A DNA stretch of 63,910 bases, counting the filler, from Lama guanicoe (Eukaryota): the NCBI GenBank assembly GCA_013239625.1. It is 80 parts of 78 records of this genome, joined end to end, with 100 filler letters (N's around TTAATTAATTAA, not from the genome) between each part and the next. Parts side by side here need not be neighbours in the genome. Positions count along the whole stretch, not along the records: positions 24,761 to 25,520 come from MU056102.1; positions 25,621 to 26,405 come from PNXV01018423.1; positions 26,506 to 27,247 come from PNXV01018426.1; positions 27,348 to 27,859 come from MU056104.1; positions 27,960 to 28,659 come from PNXV01018431.1; positions 28,760 to 29,489 come from PNXV01018436.1; positions 29,590 to 30,324 come from PNXV01018443.1; positions 30,425 to 31,262 come from PNXV01018444.1; 72 more parts are not named here. One strand, given 5' to 3'. Of this stretch, positions 24,761-36,610 are shown one piece after another. Below the pieces are notes generated by a model that was not told the origin of the DNA, searched no databases, and worked only from the letters and a program-made list of their open reading frames with translations. Numbering within the stretch: position 1 is the first letter of the stretch; the number at the start of each line of letters is the position of its first letter. Made by a program: the position numbers and the translations under genes.

Positions 24761-25007
24761 GAACCTGGGGCAGCAGAGGCCGCCCCCAAGCCAGGCAGCT
24801 GGGGAGATGAGAGCTTATCCACAGGGGGCCCAGGGCAGCGCCCCCTTCTCCCGCCGCCGCCTCTGCTGCTGCCGCTGCGGTCTGCCCTGCTGCTCCCTGA
24901 CCGAACCGCGCAGGCCTCCAGGAAGGAGGCTGATCTCAACACGCGAGTCCTGCAAACCTGGGGCACCAGAGGCTGCCCCCAAGCCAGGCGGCTGGCGAGA
25001 TGGGAGG
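24761..25007 (+). repeat. GC-rich tandem repeat unit (about 193 bp), same family as 54359-55196
   Basis: 'aacctggggcagcagaggccgcccccaagccaggcagctggggagatg' at 24762 recurs as 'aacctgggggcaccagaggctgcccccaagccaggcggctggcgagatg' at 24955. Confidence 0.75.
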
Positions 25008-25249
25008 ATGCAATTTTTATCATCATTATTTTTGTTGTTTGTTTGCCTGTATTCATTCAGAGAGCAGTATCCGGCATGGTTGTTTCCTCAAAACCTTTGC
25101 NNNNNNNNNNNNNNNNNNNNNNNNNNNNNNNNNNNNNNNNNNNNNNNNNNNNNNNNNNNNNNNNNNNNNNNNNNNNNNNNNNNNNNNNNNNNNNNNNNNN
25201 NNNNNNNNNNGGGGAAAAAAAAAAAAGATGTATTAGGCTAGTTTTGAAT

Positions 25250-25520
25250 GGAATGTCCTGTAATGTGTTTTAACACCAACTGGTCTATTGTATCATTTAA
25301 GACAACTGCTGTTTTAATGATTTTCTGTCTGGATGACATGTTCATTCATTTAAGTTGAGGTTTTAAAATCCCCTATTATTATTATATTATTGTCAATTCT
25401 TCCTTTATGTCTATTAGTGTTTGGTTTTCTATTTATTTAGATGCTACTGTTTTGGGTGCATGTGTTAAGGGATGGAATACTTTTTTTTCTTGTATTGATC
25501 CTTTTGTCATTACAAAATGC
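25250..25520 (-). mobile_element. L1 ORF2 endonuclease-region fragment
   Basis: 'ttttctgtctggatga', 'aaatcccctattattattatattattgtcaatt', 'ttttgggtgcat'. Confidence 0.8.
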
Positions 25521-27347
25521 NNNNNNNNNNNNNNNNNNNNNNNNNNNNNNNNNNNNNNNNNNNNTTAATTAATTAANNNNNNNNNNNNNNNNNNNNNNNN
25601 NNNNNNNNNNNNNNNNNNNNACATTGTCTCTTAAGAATTTGATATATTTCATTTTACCAGATTTTGAGAGTTAGCTAATCCATTATGTTTTTCTTTTGTC
25701 TTACTGCTCTTGATAAGCTCAAAAATTATTAAGTACTTAAACCACTATCTCTATATATTAGTCCCCATGGTTAATTGATTTCTCCCCTTTTTTCTGGTCT
25801 TGGTTTTCTATTTTTATTTTTTACTCATTATATTTTTATTTAATTAAAACAGCCTTCCTGTAGCATTTTATAAGTCGTCACAAAGGCCCATTTTGGTAGG
25901 TTTTCTGTACATTCATTGTAAGTCACTACTAATAAGTCTTGAAAACTCTCATATTGGAAAATAGAATAATTCCCATGGATGTGGTTTTGAGAACCTACGG
26001 CCTTCCAGAATGAGTGAGCTAGATTGTTGCCTTACTGGAAGAGACTTTCAGCACTGTCAGTCTGAATGCTAGAAAAGATGTTGTCAGTACCAACTGTCAG
26101 TTTATGCTAAACTACTCTCCTTTTGACAATTTACCTGGTTTTAGTTCCTTAAGTCTGTTTACAATAACCTATTAATACTGTTATATGTGCAGATTTTTCT
26201 AATTATATCAGCTGTAGGCTTAATAAAAATGTTCCTTAAATAAATGGGAATCAATTATTATTATTTGTCCTGGGTCAGTAGATTTTTATTTGATTTAACT
26301 TTTACCATTTTCTCCCTCTTTTAGGCACACTGACTGTTATGGAAAGTCTCCTGACTTTACATTCAGGACCTGAGGTTAGTTTTGGTTTGTCCCATGTTTT
26401 CTATGNNNNNNNNNNNNNNNNNNNNNNNNNNNNNNNNNNNNNNNNNNNNTTAATTAATTAANNNNNNNNNNNNNNNNNNNNNNNNNNNNNNNNNNNNNNN
26501 NNNNNACTTAAGTCTCTGAACTTAAAACATATACTATAAATAGTAAATAAAAAGTAGCCCCTTCCTCCTTGCCCTTCTGTGCTCCTTCTCTTGAAAAGGT
26601 TCCTCCTTGACCTCTTCTAAAGTTTCCCTGTGAAGTCATTCTCTGAAACTCACTTCAGACATTTGCTGGTTCCAAGAATCTTTGTTTCTATCGCAGTGTG
26701 TATCAGGCATTATCTAGTTATGCTCAACTACTACTCCTGACACTCTAAACACTGCTCCGGAGAGAACCATTTAGCTACTGAATCAACTATATTTTTAAGG
26801 AGCCACGCTAAGGAGAAAGATACCATACTGTCTGCAACATGCATAACCTATCCAGTTACAACTATGACTAATCTCATAAAGCTTGCAGACATTCCAATGG
26901 GACTATGACTATTTGCATGTAAAGAAAAAGTTTTTCTTAAACAACTTATAAATTCTAATTTGAAAAATTCCATCCCACTCTTAAGGGATTATTATAAAAT
27001 ATGAATATTATAAAATATGAAGTATAAAATATAAATTAATATAGACTGTCTTTAAAATATTGAAATATTTATCCAAGTATACAACAGGAATTGTAAATTC
27101 AAATGCTTACAGAGGCAACATAGGAGGCCCAAGTAAGTGAAGGTCCCAGGTGAGGACAGCAAACCAGAGAACACACGCCCCACCGAGAAGGGGCCACTTC
27201 TGCAGGGCAGACCGCACAGGAGCCTGGGCTCAAGGGGGACCAGATTTNNNNNNNNNNNNNNNNNNNNNNNNNNNNNNNNNNNNNNNNNNNNTTAATTAAT
27301 TAANNNNNNNNNNNNNNNNNNNNNNNNNNNNNNNNNNNNNNNNNNNN

Positions 27348-27859
27348 TCAGGCTGATGGTGGCTTCATAGAATGAGTTTGGGAGTACTCCCTCTTTTTCA
27401 GTCTTCTGGAAGAGTTTGAGTAGGACTAGTATGAGTTCTTCTTTGTATGGTTGGTGGAATTCCCCAGTGAAGCCATCTGGTCGTGGACTTTTATCTGTAG
27501 GGAGGTTTTTTATTGCTAATTAGATTTCATGCCTAGTGATCGGTTTGTTCAAGAGTTCAGTTTCTTCTTGATTCCATCTTGGTGGACTGTATATTTCCAG
27601 AAACTTGTCCATTTCTTCTCAGTTTTTCACTTTGTTTCTATGTAGTTGTTCCTAGTATCCTCGTATGATATTTTGTGTTTCTGGGATATTGGTGGTCCTG
27701 GATTTTTGTTTGTAGGAAGTTCCAAAATTTACTGATTCTTACTTGTTACCAGTCTGCTTTGGAGCTCTCTGGGCTTCCTGTAACTGGGTATCTGTTTCCT
27801 TTTCCAGGTGAGGAAAAGTTTCAGATCTCGTTTCTTTAAATATGTTTTCTGCCCCCTTT
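27348..27859 (-). mobile_element. L1 ORF2 fragment fused to further L1 ORF2/ORF1 pieces
   Basis: 27348-27510 is a near reverse complement of 23020-23182; about 27760-27859 matches antisense ORF1 motifs ('ctctctgggcttcctg', 'tctgtttccttttccagg'). Confidence 0.85.
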
Positions 27860-28289
27860 NNNNNNNNNNNNNNNNNNNNNNNNNNNNNNNNNNNNNNNNN
27901 NNNTTAATTAATTAANNNNNNNNNNNNNNNNNNNNNNNNNNNNNNNNNNNNNNNNNNNNCCAGAGCAACAGAAAACCCAGCTCCTTGTGAAGGCAACGGG
28001 TGTGATACCCGTAGGGGTTCTACAGAAGCATCCGATGGAGGGCTGGATCAGGGAGGTAAAACATGAGCTGCGGGCCTTGAAGGTTTACAGAAGGGTACAG
28101 AGGCAGGTTTGCAGCCTCCTTCGGGGTGCCCCAGAGGTAAAGCTTTTTCTCTCCATCTCCTCTACGACCCTCCCCTCTCCAGATCCCTCCCATCTCTCTA
28201 CCATCTGTCTCCCTACACTTTACCCCTTCTCTCCACCCGCTCCCATCTTCTCCCTCCCTTGCTGCCCCACCTTCCCTCACAGAACTCAG

Positions 28290-28410
28290 AGAGGATCGCT
28301 GGCCCTCCTGCGCATGCGCAGTCGGTGCCAGGTGGACCGCTGGTAGGAAGCTCCAACTCCGAGCGGAGGATCGGCCCCAAAGGCTTCACAGCCCTTTCGC
28401 CCGGTAGGCC
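28290..28410 (+). promoter_or_regulatory. CpG-rich promoter-like segment with perfect NRF1 palindrome and candidate first-exon donor
   Basis: CTGCGCATGCGCAG at 28308-28321 (NRF1 consensus TGCGCATGCGCA), CpG enrichment, and a donor-like CCG|GTAGGC at 28403/28404. Confidence 0.55.
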
Positions 28411-29589
28411 TTTGGCTCCTGCCTGGGGCCGGGGCCTCTGGCTGTGGAAGTGCAAGGTGGGGGGATCTCGGGAAAGGGGTCATTCAGCTGCAGGAGGGCG
28501 GTCCTCCTGTCACAGCCCCCCAGGGCGCCAGTCAGCCTGTGTTCAGCTGAATTGCTCCGGCCAGACCCCTCTGCCGCGCCACCTGCCGCGGCGCCCCAGC
28601 CACAGCTGTACAGGGCGAGGTGTGCACCTGCCGCCTCTCACCCAGCCGGGCTCCCCTCANNNNNNNNNNNNNNNNNNNNNNNNNNNNNNNNNNNNNNNNN
28701 NNNTTAATTAATTAANNNNNNNNNNNNNNNNNNNNNNNNNNNNNNNNNNNNNNNNNNNNATCAAATGGATTCCTATTCCGTGATATAGACTTGCAAGTCT
28801 TCCAACAGAATGAATGAATGTCATATTCTACCCTACGTAGAGAAGAAATGGCATAAGCCTATAACAAAGACAAGTAGCTCTGCAAAAGTGTACTAAGAGC
28901 AAAAGAGACAGACAGTAAAGTGCACATTGGGGTTGGTTTCATTCCTAGGAATTTCAGCCCCCATGAAACCAATGGATCCATGTCCTGAGAGTGAGGGTGT
29001 TTCAGCAGAAATTAGCCGACAGATGTGTATTCCGGGTATATGGATACTACAGGAACATAAGTATCCTTTAGTGGGTCTCTGTGTACTGTGAACTGTTAGA
29101 AAGTTTAAAGACGTGTGAAAACATCAACTGAAAATGGACACACTTCCAACTGTGCATACATTTCTGAACAAAAGGGAAGAGGGAAGGAAAAAGGCCCATT
29201 GAACACTAGTGGGTAGAATCACATTTACCTTAGGAACCTCTCGTCAGATGCAGCCCCTCCCCCAACATTGACAAGATGCAGCAGCCAGTGTGGGTGGCAG
29301 TTACTGGTTGGATTCCAAGTGGAATTTTGGTCATTACCGCGAGGCTTGTTGTGGCTGGTGGATCCTAGGTAACCGGGCAGAGTTCTGTGGGTGGATCAGT
29401 GTGATGGAGGGGCTGCTGCCCTTTGTGGAGCTTGGCTTAGGTCTTTGTTCTCGGAAGCTGTGTCAGTTCATGATACTGCTGCTGCCCAANNNNNNNNNNN
29501 NNNNNNNNNNNNNNNNNNNNNNNNNNNNNNNNNTTAATTAATTAANNNNNNNNNNNNNNNNNNNNNNNNNNNNNNNNNNNNNNNNNNNN

Positions 29590-30324
29590 ATTCTACATTC
29601 CATATTCTGTGATATACATTCTATATTCAAAATTTTATATTTAGTATTCTGTATTCCATATTCTTAATATTGTGTTCTGCATTCCATGTTCTATATTCTG
29701 GGTTCTATATTCTATACTCTATATTCTATATTCTATGTTCTAAATTGTATGTTCTAAATTCTATATTCACTATTCCGTATTCTATATTCTATATTCTGTG
29801 TTCTTCACTCCATGTTCCCAAATCTATATTCAGTATTCTGTATTCTATATTCTATATTCTGAGTTCTGCTTTCCATGTTCTAAATTCTATATTCAGTATT
29901 CTGTATTCTATATTCTAAATTCTACTAAATTCTGTGTTCGTCATTCCATGTTCAAAATTCTGGGTCTACATTCTCTATTCTATACTCTATATTCTGAGTT
30001 CTATATTCTATATTCTAAATTCTATATTCAGTATTCTGTATTCTATATTCTAAATTCTGTGTTCGTCATTCCATGTTCAAAATTCTGGGTCTACATTCTC
30101 TATTCTATACTCTATATTCTGAGTTCTATATTCTATATTCTAAATTCTATATTCAGTATTCTGTATTCTATGTTCTAAATTCTGTGTTCTGCATTCCATG
30201 TTCTAAATTCTGGGTTCTATATACTAAACTCTATATTCTTTATTCTGTGTTCTAAATTGTGTATTCTATATTCTCTATTCAGTATTCCATATTCTATATT
30301 GTATTTTCTGGGTTCTGCATTCCA
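29590..30324 (+). repeat. Heptamer-based satellite
   Basis: RTTCTRH units; contains a 125-bp-period internal duplication. Confidence 0.95.
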
Positions 30325-33300
30325 NNNNNNNNNNNNNNNNNNNNNNNNNNNNNNNNNNNNNNNNNNNNTTAATTAATTAANNNNNNNNNNNNNNNNNNNN
30401 NNNNNNNNNNNNNNNNNNNNNNNNATGCATAAGGGTATGGTGAAGGTAACTTTTATCAGTTTCATGCAAATAATTTTGCAATTTGGGGCTACAAGGTAAC
30501 TAAGAGTGAAGGGCAATACGCTATCTATAAAAGGTGCCATAGGGACAGTTCATTGATGCTAGCTTATCTATTGCAGTTTGACACCTAGGTCTTAGAACAT
30601 AGGCTTAAAAATCTGATTTTCATCAGCACAACAAATTTAATAGTAACAATAACACAAGAAGAAACACAGCAACAACTAATAGACTGTGTTACCATCAGCC
30701 ACTATTATTACCCCCACTTACAGATGAGAAATATAAACATAAAGTGGCTATGCCACTGTCCCTTCCCCAACCCCCAGCTGACTCCATTGACTAAACCATA
30801 AAAGAACCTCAGAATATTCTGTCTTCTGTCCCCATCTTCCCTCTCTCTCCGTGATAGTGAGCTGGCTGGAAAGACGATGGTCTCCTGTTTCTAATCTAAT
30901 AAGCATCAGAGACTCCTTTAAAGACGCATGCTTTTAGATCACAGTTTTCAGTCTCATTTACCCTAGCTGTACCCTAGCTGTACTCATTTTCTCCTTTCAC
31001 TGGAGAGAGATGCCACCTTTTGAAGGGTAAAATGGGAGCAGCTCTAATTGCCTCGCATTTCATGGTAAAGGCTGAAGTACTTGCAATGGCCTCCAGAGGG
31101 CGCCCGCCTCGCTAACCTGAGATACTCCCTGATCCTCTTCTCTTGCTAGCTCAGGTCCAAGCACATGATCCGCAGCCCCACTGGCTCCTGGACGCACCAC
31201 ACGCTGACCTGCTTCGGGATCTGTGCTTCCTGTATCTGAAAGTCTCTTCCTTTTGAGATCTANNNNNNNNNNNNNNNNNNNNNNNNNNNNNNNNNNNNNN
31301 NNNNNNTTAATTAATTAANNNNNNNNNNNNNNNNNNNNNNNNNNNNNNNNNNNNNNNNNNNNTCCAGCAGATAAAAATCCTGTTGTTCCTGTGGAAGGTG
31401 ACTGTTTATACTGGGGTTGGGACTTGGGGAGAGGCATGTGAGGACAGGAACATAGAGGGAGCACCAAATGACACTGTCAGATCTCTCTGGTGACAGCAAC
31501 CCTTCAACTGCCCACCTGTCCCTGGACCACTTTGTGTCCAGCCAGAGATGACCCTGCCAGGCTGTGTGCCCATGAAGGGGACAGTCTTCCTGCCCCCAGC
31601 ACTGTGGTGTTGAGTGTGGACAGTGGAACCAGACTGTGTGAGTCTGTGATCCCAGCTCCAGCCCCTGCTGCCTGAAAGGCCTGGGGTCACGGTGCTCTGA
31701 CCTGCTGGCCAAGGCTTGAACCCCTTTCATCAGGGTTGCTTTGGAAATTAGAAACCCTCAGACCTCAGGAAGCTCTTGCCCAACCCTCCCACATGGGGGC
31801 AGTTTTCTGATGGTTGCACAGAGAGTGAGCTATGGCTTACATGTGTGCACAAGCACACACACACACACACACACGTGCACAGTGACATTAAATAAGGGGT
31901 GGGATCAGGAGAGGAACAGATGTGAGCTTGGTTATAAGACAAAAAATCATGGGGTTGGAGGCATCACCTACAAGTGACACCACCCCCACACTTCTCAGGT
32001 CTTACCCCACATGCGCCTGAGGACATCTCTAGAAGTATGACTAGAATCAGCCNNNNNNNNNNNNNNNNNNNNNNNNNNNNNNNNNNNNNNNNNNNNNNNN
32101 NNNNNNNNNNNNNNNNNNNNNNNNNNAGTTGAGTCTCCAAGTCCTCTTCTCGCAGCTGCATGCAGAGCCGTGGAGAGGGCACGGCTGCTGTAACTGTGGA
32201 AGAGGTGGGTTTGNNNNNNNNNNNNNNNNNNNNNNNNNNNNNNNNNNNNNNNNNNNNTTAATTAATTAANNNNNNNNNNNNNNNNNNNNNNNNNNNNNNN
32301 NNNNNNNNNNNNNAGCGTGCTGGTGGGCAGTCACTTGGGGACTCCCAGGAGCCATGCTGATTTTGCTGAGTCTTGCATTCGGGGTTACAGAACTGTCGAG
32401 CACCAGAGGAAGTCCATTCACGTGAGACCAGCACAGAATTGCATCATATTCATTTTTTTTTTGAATTTCCAGTGGAGAAATTATTTGTAGAAAACTGTTC
32501 CAGATATCTGGCCGCCTGCTTTCCTCACCACCATCTCATTGTTGGCTCTGGTGCTAGTTTTTAAAACCAGGTTTCTTCTCTGGTCATTTGTATCAGCTGG
32601 GGTTGCCCAATACTTGATCTGCATTTGAAGCAGAATGCTGCTTCTTGATGTCAAGCTGATTTTCCTATTTCTGAATATTTCGTGTACACTCAGCAACTGT
32701 TTCAAATGAAATGCTCATGTCCAATTTCAGTTAACCCCCATTTGCTGATCTGCTTTCATGCTGAGGGCAGTTTCTTCTTCCTCTAATAAAAGTTAGCAAT
32801 TTGCATTTACTATTTGAAGCTACTGGCCCGAGGTGCTTTTGTCCTTAACAGTTTTAATACAATTCACCCATTAAAGTGTACAGCGGTTTTTACTCTATGC
32901 CCAGAATTGTGCATCCCAGTCAATCTTAGAACATTTTCATCCCCCAACAGGAAGCCCAAGAGCAGGAAGACCAAGTATGCACAAGCAGTCATTCCCAACT
33001 TCCGCATCTTCCCCCAGCCCCAGGCAGCCACTCTTCTCTCTCTGTGGGTTTGCNNNNNNNNNNNNNNNNNNNNNNNNNNNNNNNNNNNNNNNNNNNNTTA
33101 ATTAATTAANNNNNNNNNNNNNNNNNNNNNNNNNNNNNNNNNNNNNNNNNNNNAGGAGTCCCATGCCCCACTGTGCTGATAGCAGGGCGAGCCAACGGGT
33201 TATAATGGCGCATGAGCATTAGCACTGTGGGCGTCCCAGCAGCTATCTGTATGGGCGAGTGCTTGAGGATCAGAGAGTTCCCACTCCTGAATCCCAAGGC

Positions 33301-34012
33301 ACCCTCCAAGGCCCCAGAAAGAGACAGAAAATCATGAATGGGACTAAGCTTAAGTTTCCCACTACCTTTGTGGGTAAGGTGAGTCTCAATAAAANNNNNN
33401 NNNNNNNNNNNNNNNNNNNNNNNNNNNNNNNNNNNNNNNNNNNNNNNNNNNNNNNNNNNNNNNNNNNNNNNNNNNNNNNNNNNNNNNNNNNNNNNNNNNN
33501 NNNNNNNTGATACAGGGAGTGGGGTTGACAAGGGAGAACATGGAAGGAAAATGAACATCCTTACATAAAGTGCTAGGTACCGGGACCATCCTATCCTGTA
33601 ATCTGGGGCCAGCAGACCCCATGAGCTGACTGCATAGGAGACTGAAAAGATTGAGTACTAACTGCTTCAATCAGTGCTGGAAGGCCGAGCCCGCCCTGAG
33701 GGCACAAGATGAGTGCAATTCCTTGAAAATCAGCTGTGTAGCATTTAGACCCCTGAGACAGTCACAGCAGGAGACTAACATTGACAAGTAGACTGTGTGG
33801 GACCAATTTCCATTGTCCACTCTGTTGCGGCAGGATGCAGAGGAAGTGGTTATTTGAGACACTGAATCTCTGCAGGCTTGGATGTGGAAGGCTGTGAAAT
33901 CTTTTTAGTTTGNNNNNNNNNNNNNNNNNNNNNNNNNNNNNNNNNNNNNNNNNNNNTTAATTAATTAANNNNNNNNNNNNNNNNNNNNNNNNNNNNNNNN
34001 NNNNNNNNNNNN

Positions 34013-34925
34013 GATCAGGGAAGGTATTTCTCAGAATTCCCCCTAACAGGGAACTCCTGTGTCTGAAGAGAGCTGCGTGGAGATGTCTTTCGAGCTCCCC
34101 ACGCTCTGAAAATGGTTCTGGAATCCTGAGCGTGGGGAGGTTCCACCAAAGGTCGGCAGCGCTTGGGTTCTAACGGAATGCCTAGGCTCGTCTCCCCTGA
34201 GGGTTTTCCTAATGTCTCTGTGCCAGGGAATGCTAGGGGGGTTTGCAGGCAATCCCAGGGACAGAGGCTGCCTCCCCAAGGTCAGGGAAGGTATTTCTCA
34301 GAATTCCCCCTAACAGGGAACTCCTGTGTCTGAAGAGAGCTGCGTGGAGATGTCTTTCGAGCTCCCCACGCACTGACAATGGATCCGGAATCCTGATCGT
34401 TGGGAGGTTCCACCAACGGTCGGCAGCGCATGGGTACAAACGGAATGCCTAAGATCTTCTCCCCTGGGTTTTTTCCTAATATCTCTGTGCCAGGGCATGC
34501 TAGGGGGGTTTGCAGGCAATCCCAGGGACAGAGGCTGCCTCCCCAAGGTCAGGGAAGGTATTTATCAGAATTCCCCCTAACAGGGAACACCTGTGACTCA
34601 AGGGAGCTGCGTGGAGTTGTCTCTCGGGCTCCCCACTCACTGAAAATGGTTCCGGAATCCTGAGCGTTGGGAGGTTCCACCAACGGTCGGCAACGCGTGG
34701 GTTCTAACGGAATGAGCTCGACTCCCCTGGGTTTTTTCCTAATGTCTCTGTTCCAGGGAATGCTAGGGGTGTTTGCAGGCAATCCCAGTGACAGGGGCTG
34801 CCTCCCCAAGGTCAGGGAAGGTATTTCTCATAGTTTCCCCTAACAGGGAACATCTGTGACTGAAGAGAGCTGCGTAGAGTTCTCTCGAGCTCCCCTCGAC
34901 TGACAGTGGTTCCGGAATCCTGAGC
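34013..34925 (+). repeat. 267-bp GC-rich satellite, about 3.4 monomers
   Basis: 'cagggaaggtattt' starts at 34016, 34283, 34550 and 34813 (267, 267, 263 bp). Confidence 0.95.
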
Positions 34926-35025
34926 NNNNNNNNNNNNNNNNNNNNNNNNNNNNNNNNNNNNNNNNNNNNTTAATTAATTAANNNNNNNNNNNNNNNNNNN
35001 NNNNNNNNNNNNNNNNNNNNNNNNN

Positions 35026-35846
35026 CTTTGTGTTCGCTTCAAGCTGGGTGAGGGACGGCTTTAACACACACTTATCTCTCAGAGCTGAGCATGGGGAAAG
35101 ACGTTCGTTCATCCAGCACAAAGGGAATGGGTTGCAGGGGAAACACTTACTCTGGTTTCTCAGTCTGTTTCCTAGTGCCGGTTTGAAGTGCCTGCCGTTT
35201 TCACTGTAAAACCGAGTTGAGATTGTACCTCCCCATATAAATATATGGAGTGGAGTTTGCAGCTCAAAAGAAAATATGTGTTCCCTACAAGCTAGGTGAA
35301 GGACGGCTTTCACACACACTTATCTCTCAGAACTGAGCATGTGGAGAGACGTTCGTTCATCTAGCACAAAGGGAACGGGTGGCAGAAGAAACACTTATTC
35401 TGGTTTGTCAGTCTCATCCCAAGTGTCAGTTTGAAGTTCCTGCGGTTTTTTTCTGTAAAACCGAGTTGGAGCTGGTACGTTCCCTTATATATGTATGTAG
35501 TGGAGTTTGCAACTGAAAATAAACTTTGTGGTCCATTAAAGCTAGGTGAAAGACAAGTGAAGGACAGCTTTCACACACAATTATCTCTCAGAATTGAGCA
35601 TGTGGGGAGAAGTTCGTTCATTCAGTACAAAGGGAACTGGTTGCAGGGGAAAAACATACGCTAGTATCTCAGTCTGTTTCAAGTGCCGGTTGGAAGTTCC
35701 TGGGGATTTCACAGTAAAACCTACTTGGAGCGTGTACCTCCCCATATATATATATGTACTGGATTTTGTAACTGAAAGGAAACTTTGTGCTTCCCTCAAA
35801 CAAGTTCAAAGATGGCTTTCACACACACTTATCTCTCAGAACTGAG
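35026..35846 (+). repeat. About 248-bp satellite, about 3.3 monomers
   Basis: 'ttatctctcag' recurs at 35072, 35320, 35581 and 35829 (248, 261, 248 bp). Confidence 0.93.
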
Positions 35847-35946
35847 NNNNNNNNNNNNNNNNNNNNNNNNNNNNNNNNNNNNNNNNNNNNTTAATTAATT
35901 AANNNNNNNNNNNNNNNNNNNNNNNNNNNNNNNNNNNNNNNNNNNN

Positions 35947-36510
35947 ATTCTTGCTTCTACATCCTTTATTCTAAAATCTAAATTCTGTGTTCTGCCTTCC
36001 ATGTTAAAATTCTATATTCATTATTCTCTATTCTCTATTCTAAATTCTGTGTTCTGCATTCTATATTCTAAATTATATGTTCAGTATTCTTTATACTATA
36101 TTCTAAATTCTGTGGTCTGCATCCCATATTCTAAATTCTGGGTTCTGTATTCTGTTTCCATAATCTATATTCTGTGTTCTAAATTGTATATTCTGTATAC
36201 TATATTCTGCATTCCGTATTCTCTATTCTATATTCTATATTCTGTGTTCTATTTTCTATATNNNNNNNNNNNNNNNNNNNNNNNNNNNNNNNNNNNNNNN
36301 NNNNNNNNNNNNNNNNNNNNNNNNNNNNNNNNNNNNNNNNNNNNNNNNNNNNNNNNNNNNNNNNNNNNNNNNNNNNNNNNNNNNNNNNNNNNNNNNNNNN
36401 NNNNNNNNNNTTTCTGTATTTTCCAGATTCTATATTCTGTTTTCTACATTCAATATTCTGAATTCTATATTCTGCATTCCGTATTCTATACTCAATATTC
36501 TGTGTTCTAC
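35947..36510 (+). repeat. Heptamer-based satellite
   Basis: RTTCTRH units throughout. Confidence 0.93.
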
Positions 36511-36610
36511 NNNNNNNNNNNNNNNNNNNNNNNNNNNNNNNNNNNNNNNNNNNNTTAATTAATTAANNNNNNNNNNNNNNNNNNNNNNNNNNNNNNNNNN
36601 NNNNNNNNNN

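Noticed and set aside
34013..35846. CENP-B box in the 267-bp or 248-bp satellites
   Set aside because: Partial look-alikes (TTCCGTTAGAA on the minus strand; TTCGTTCA...AACGGG) do not fit TTCG-N4-A-N2-CGGG spacing.
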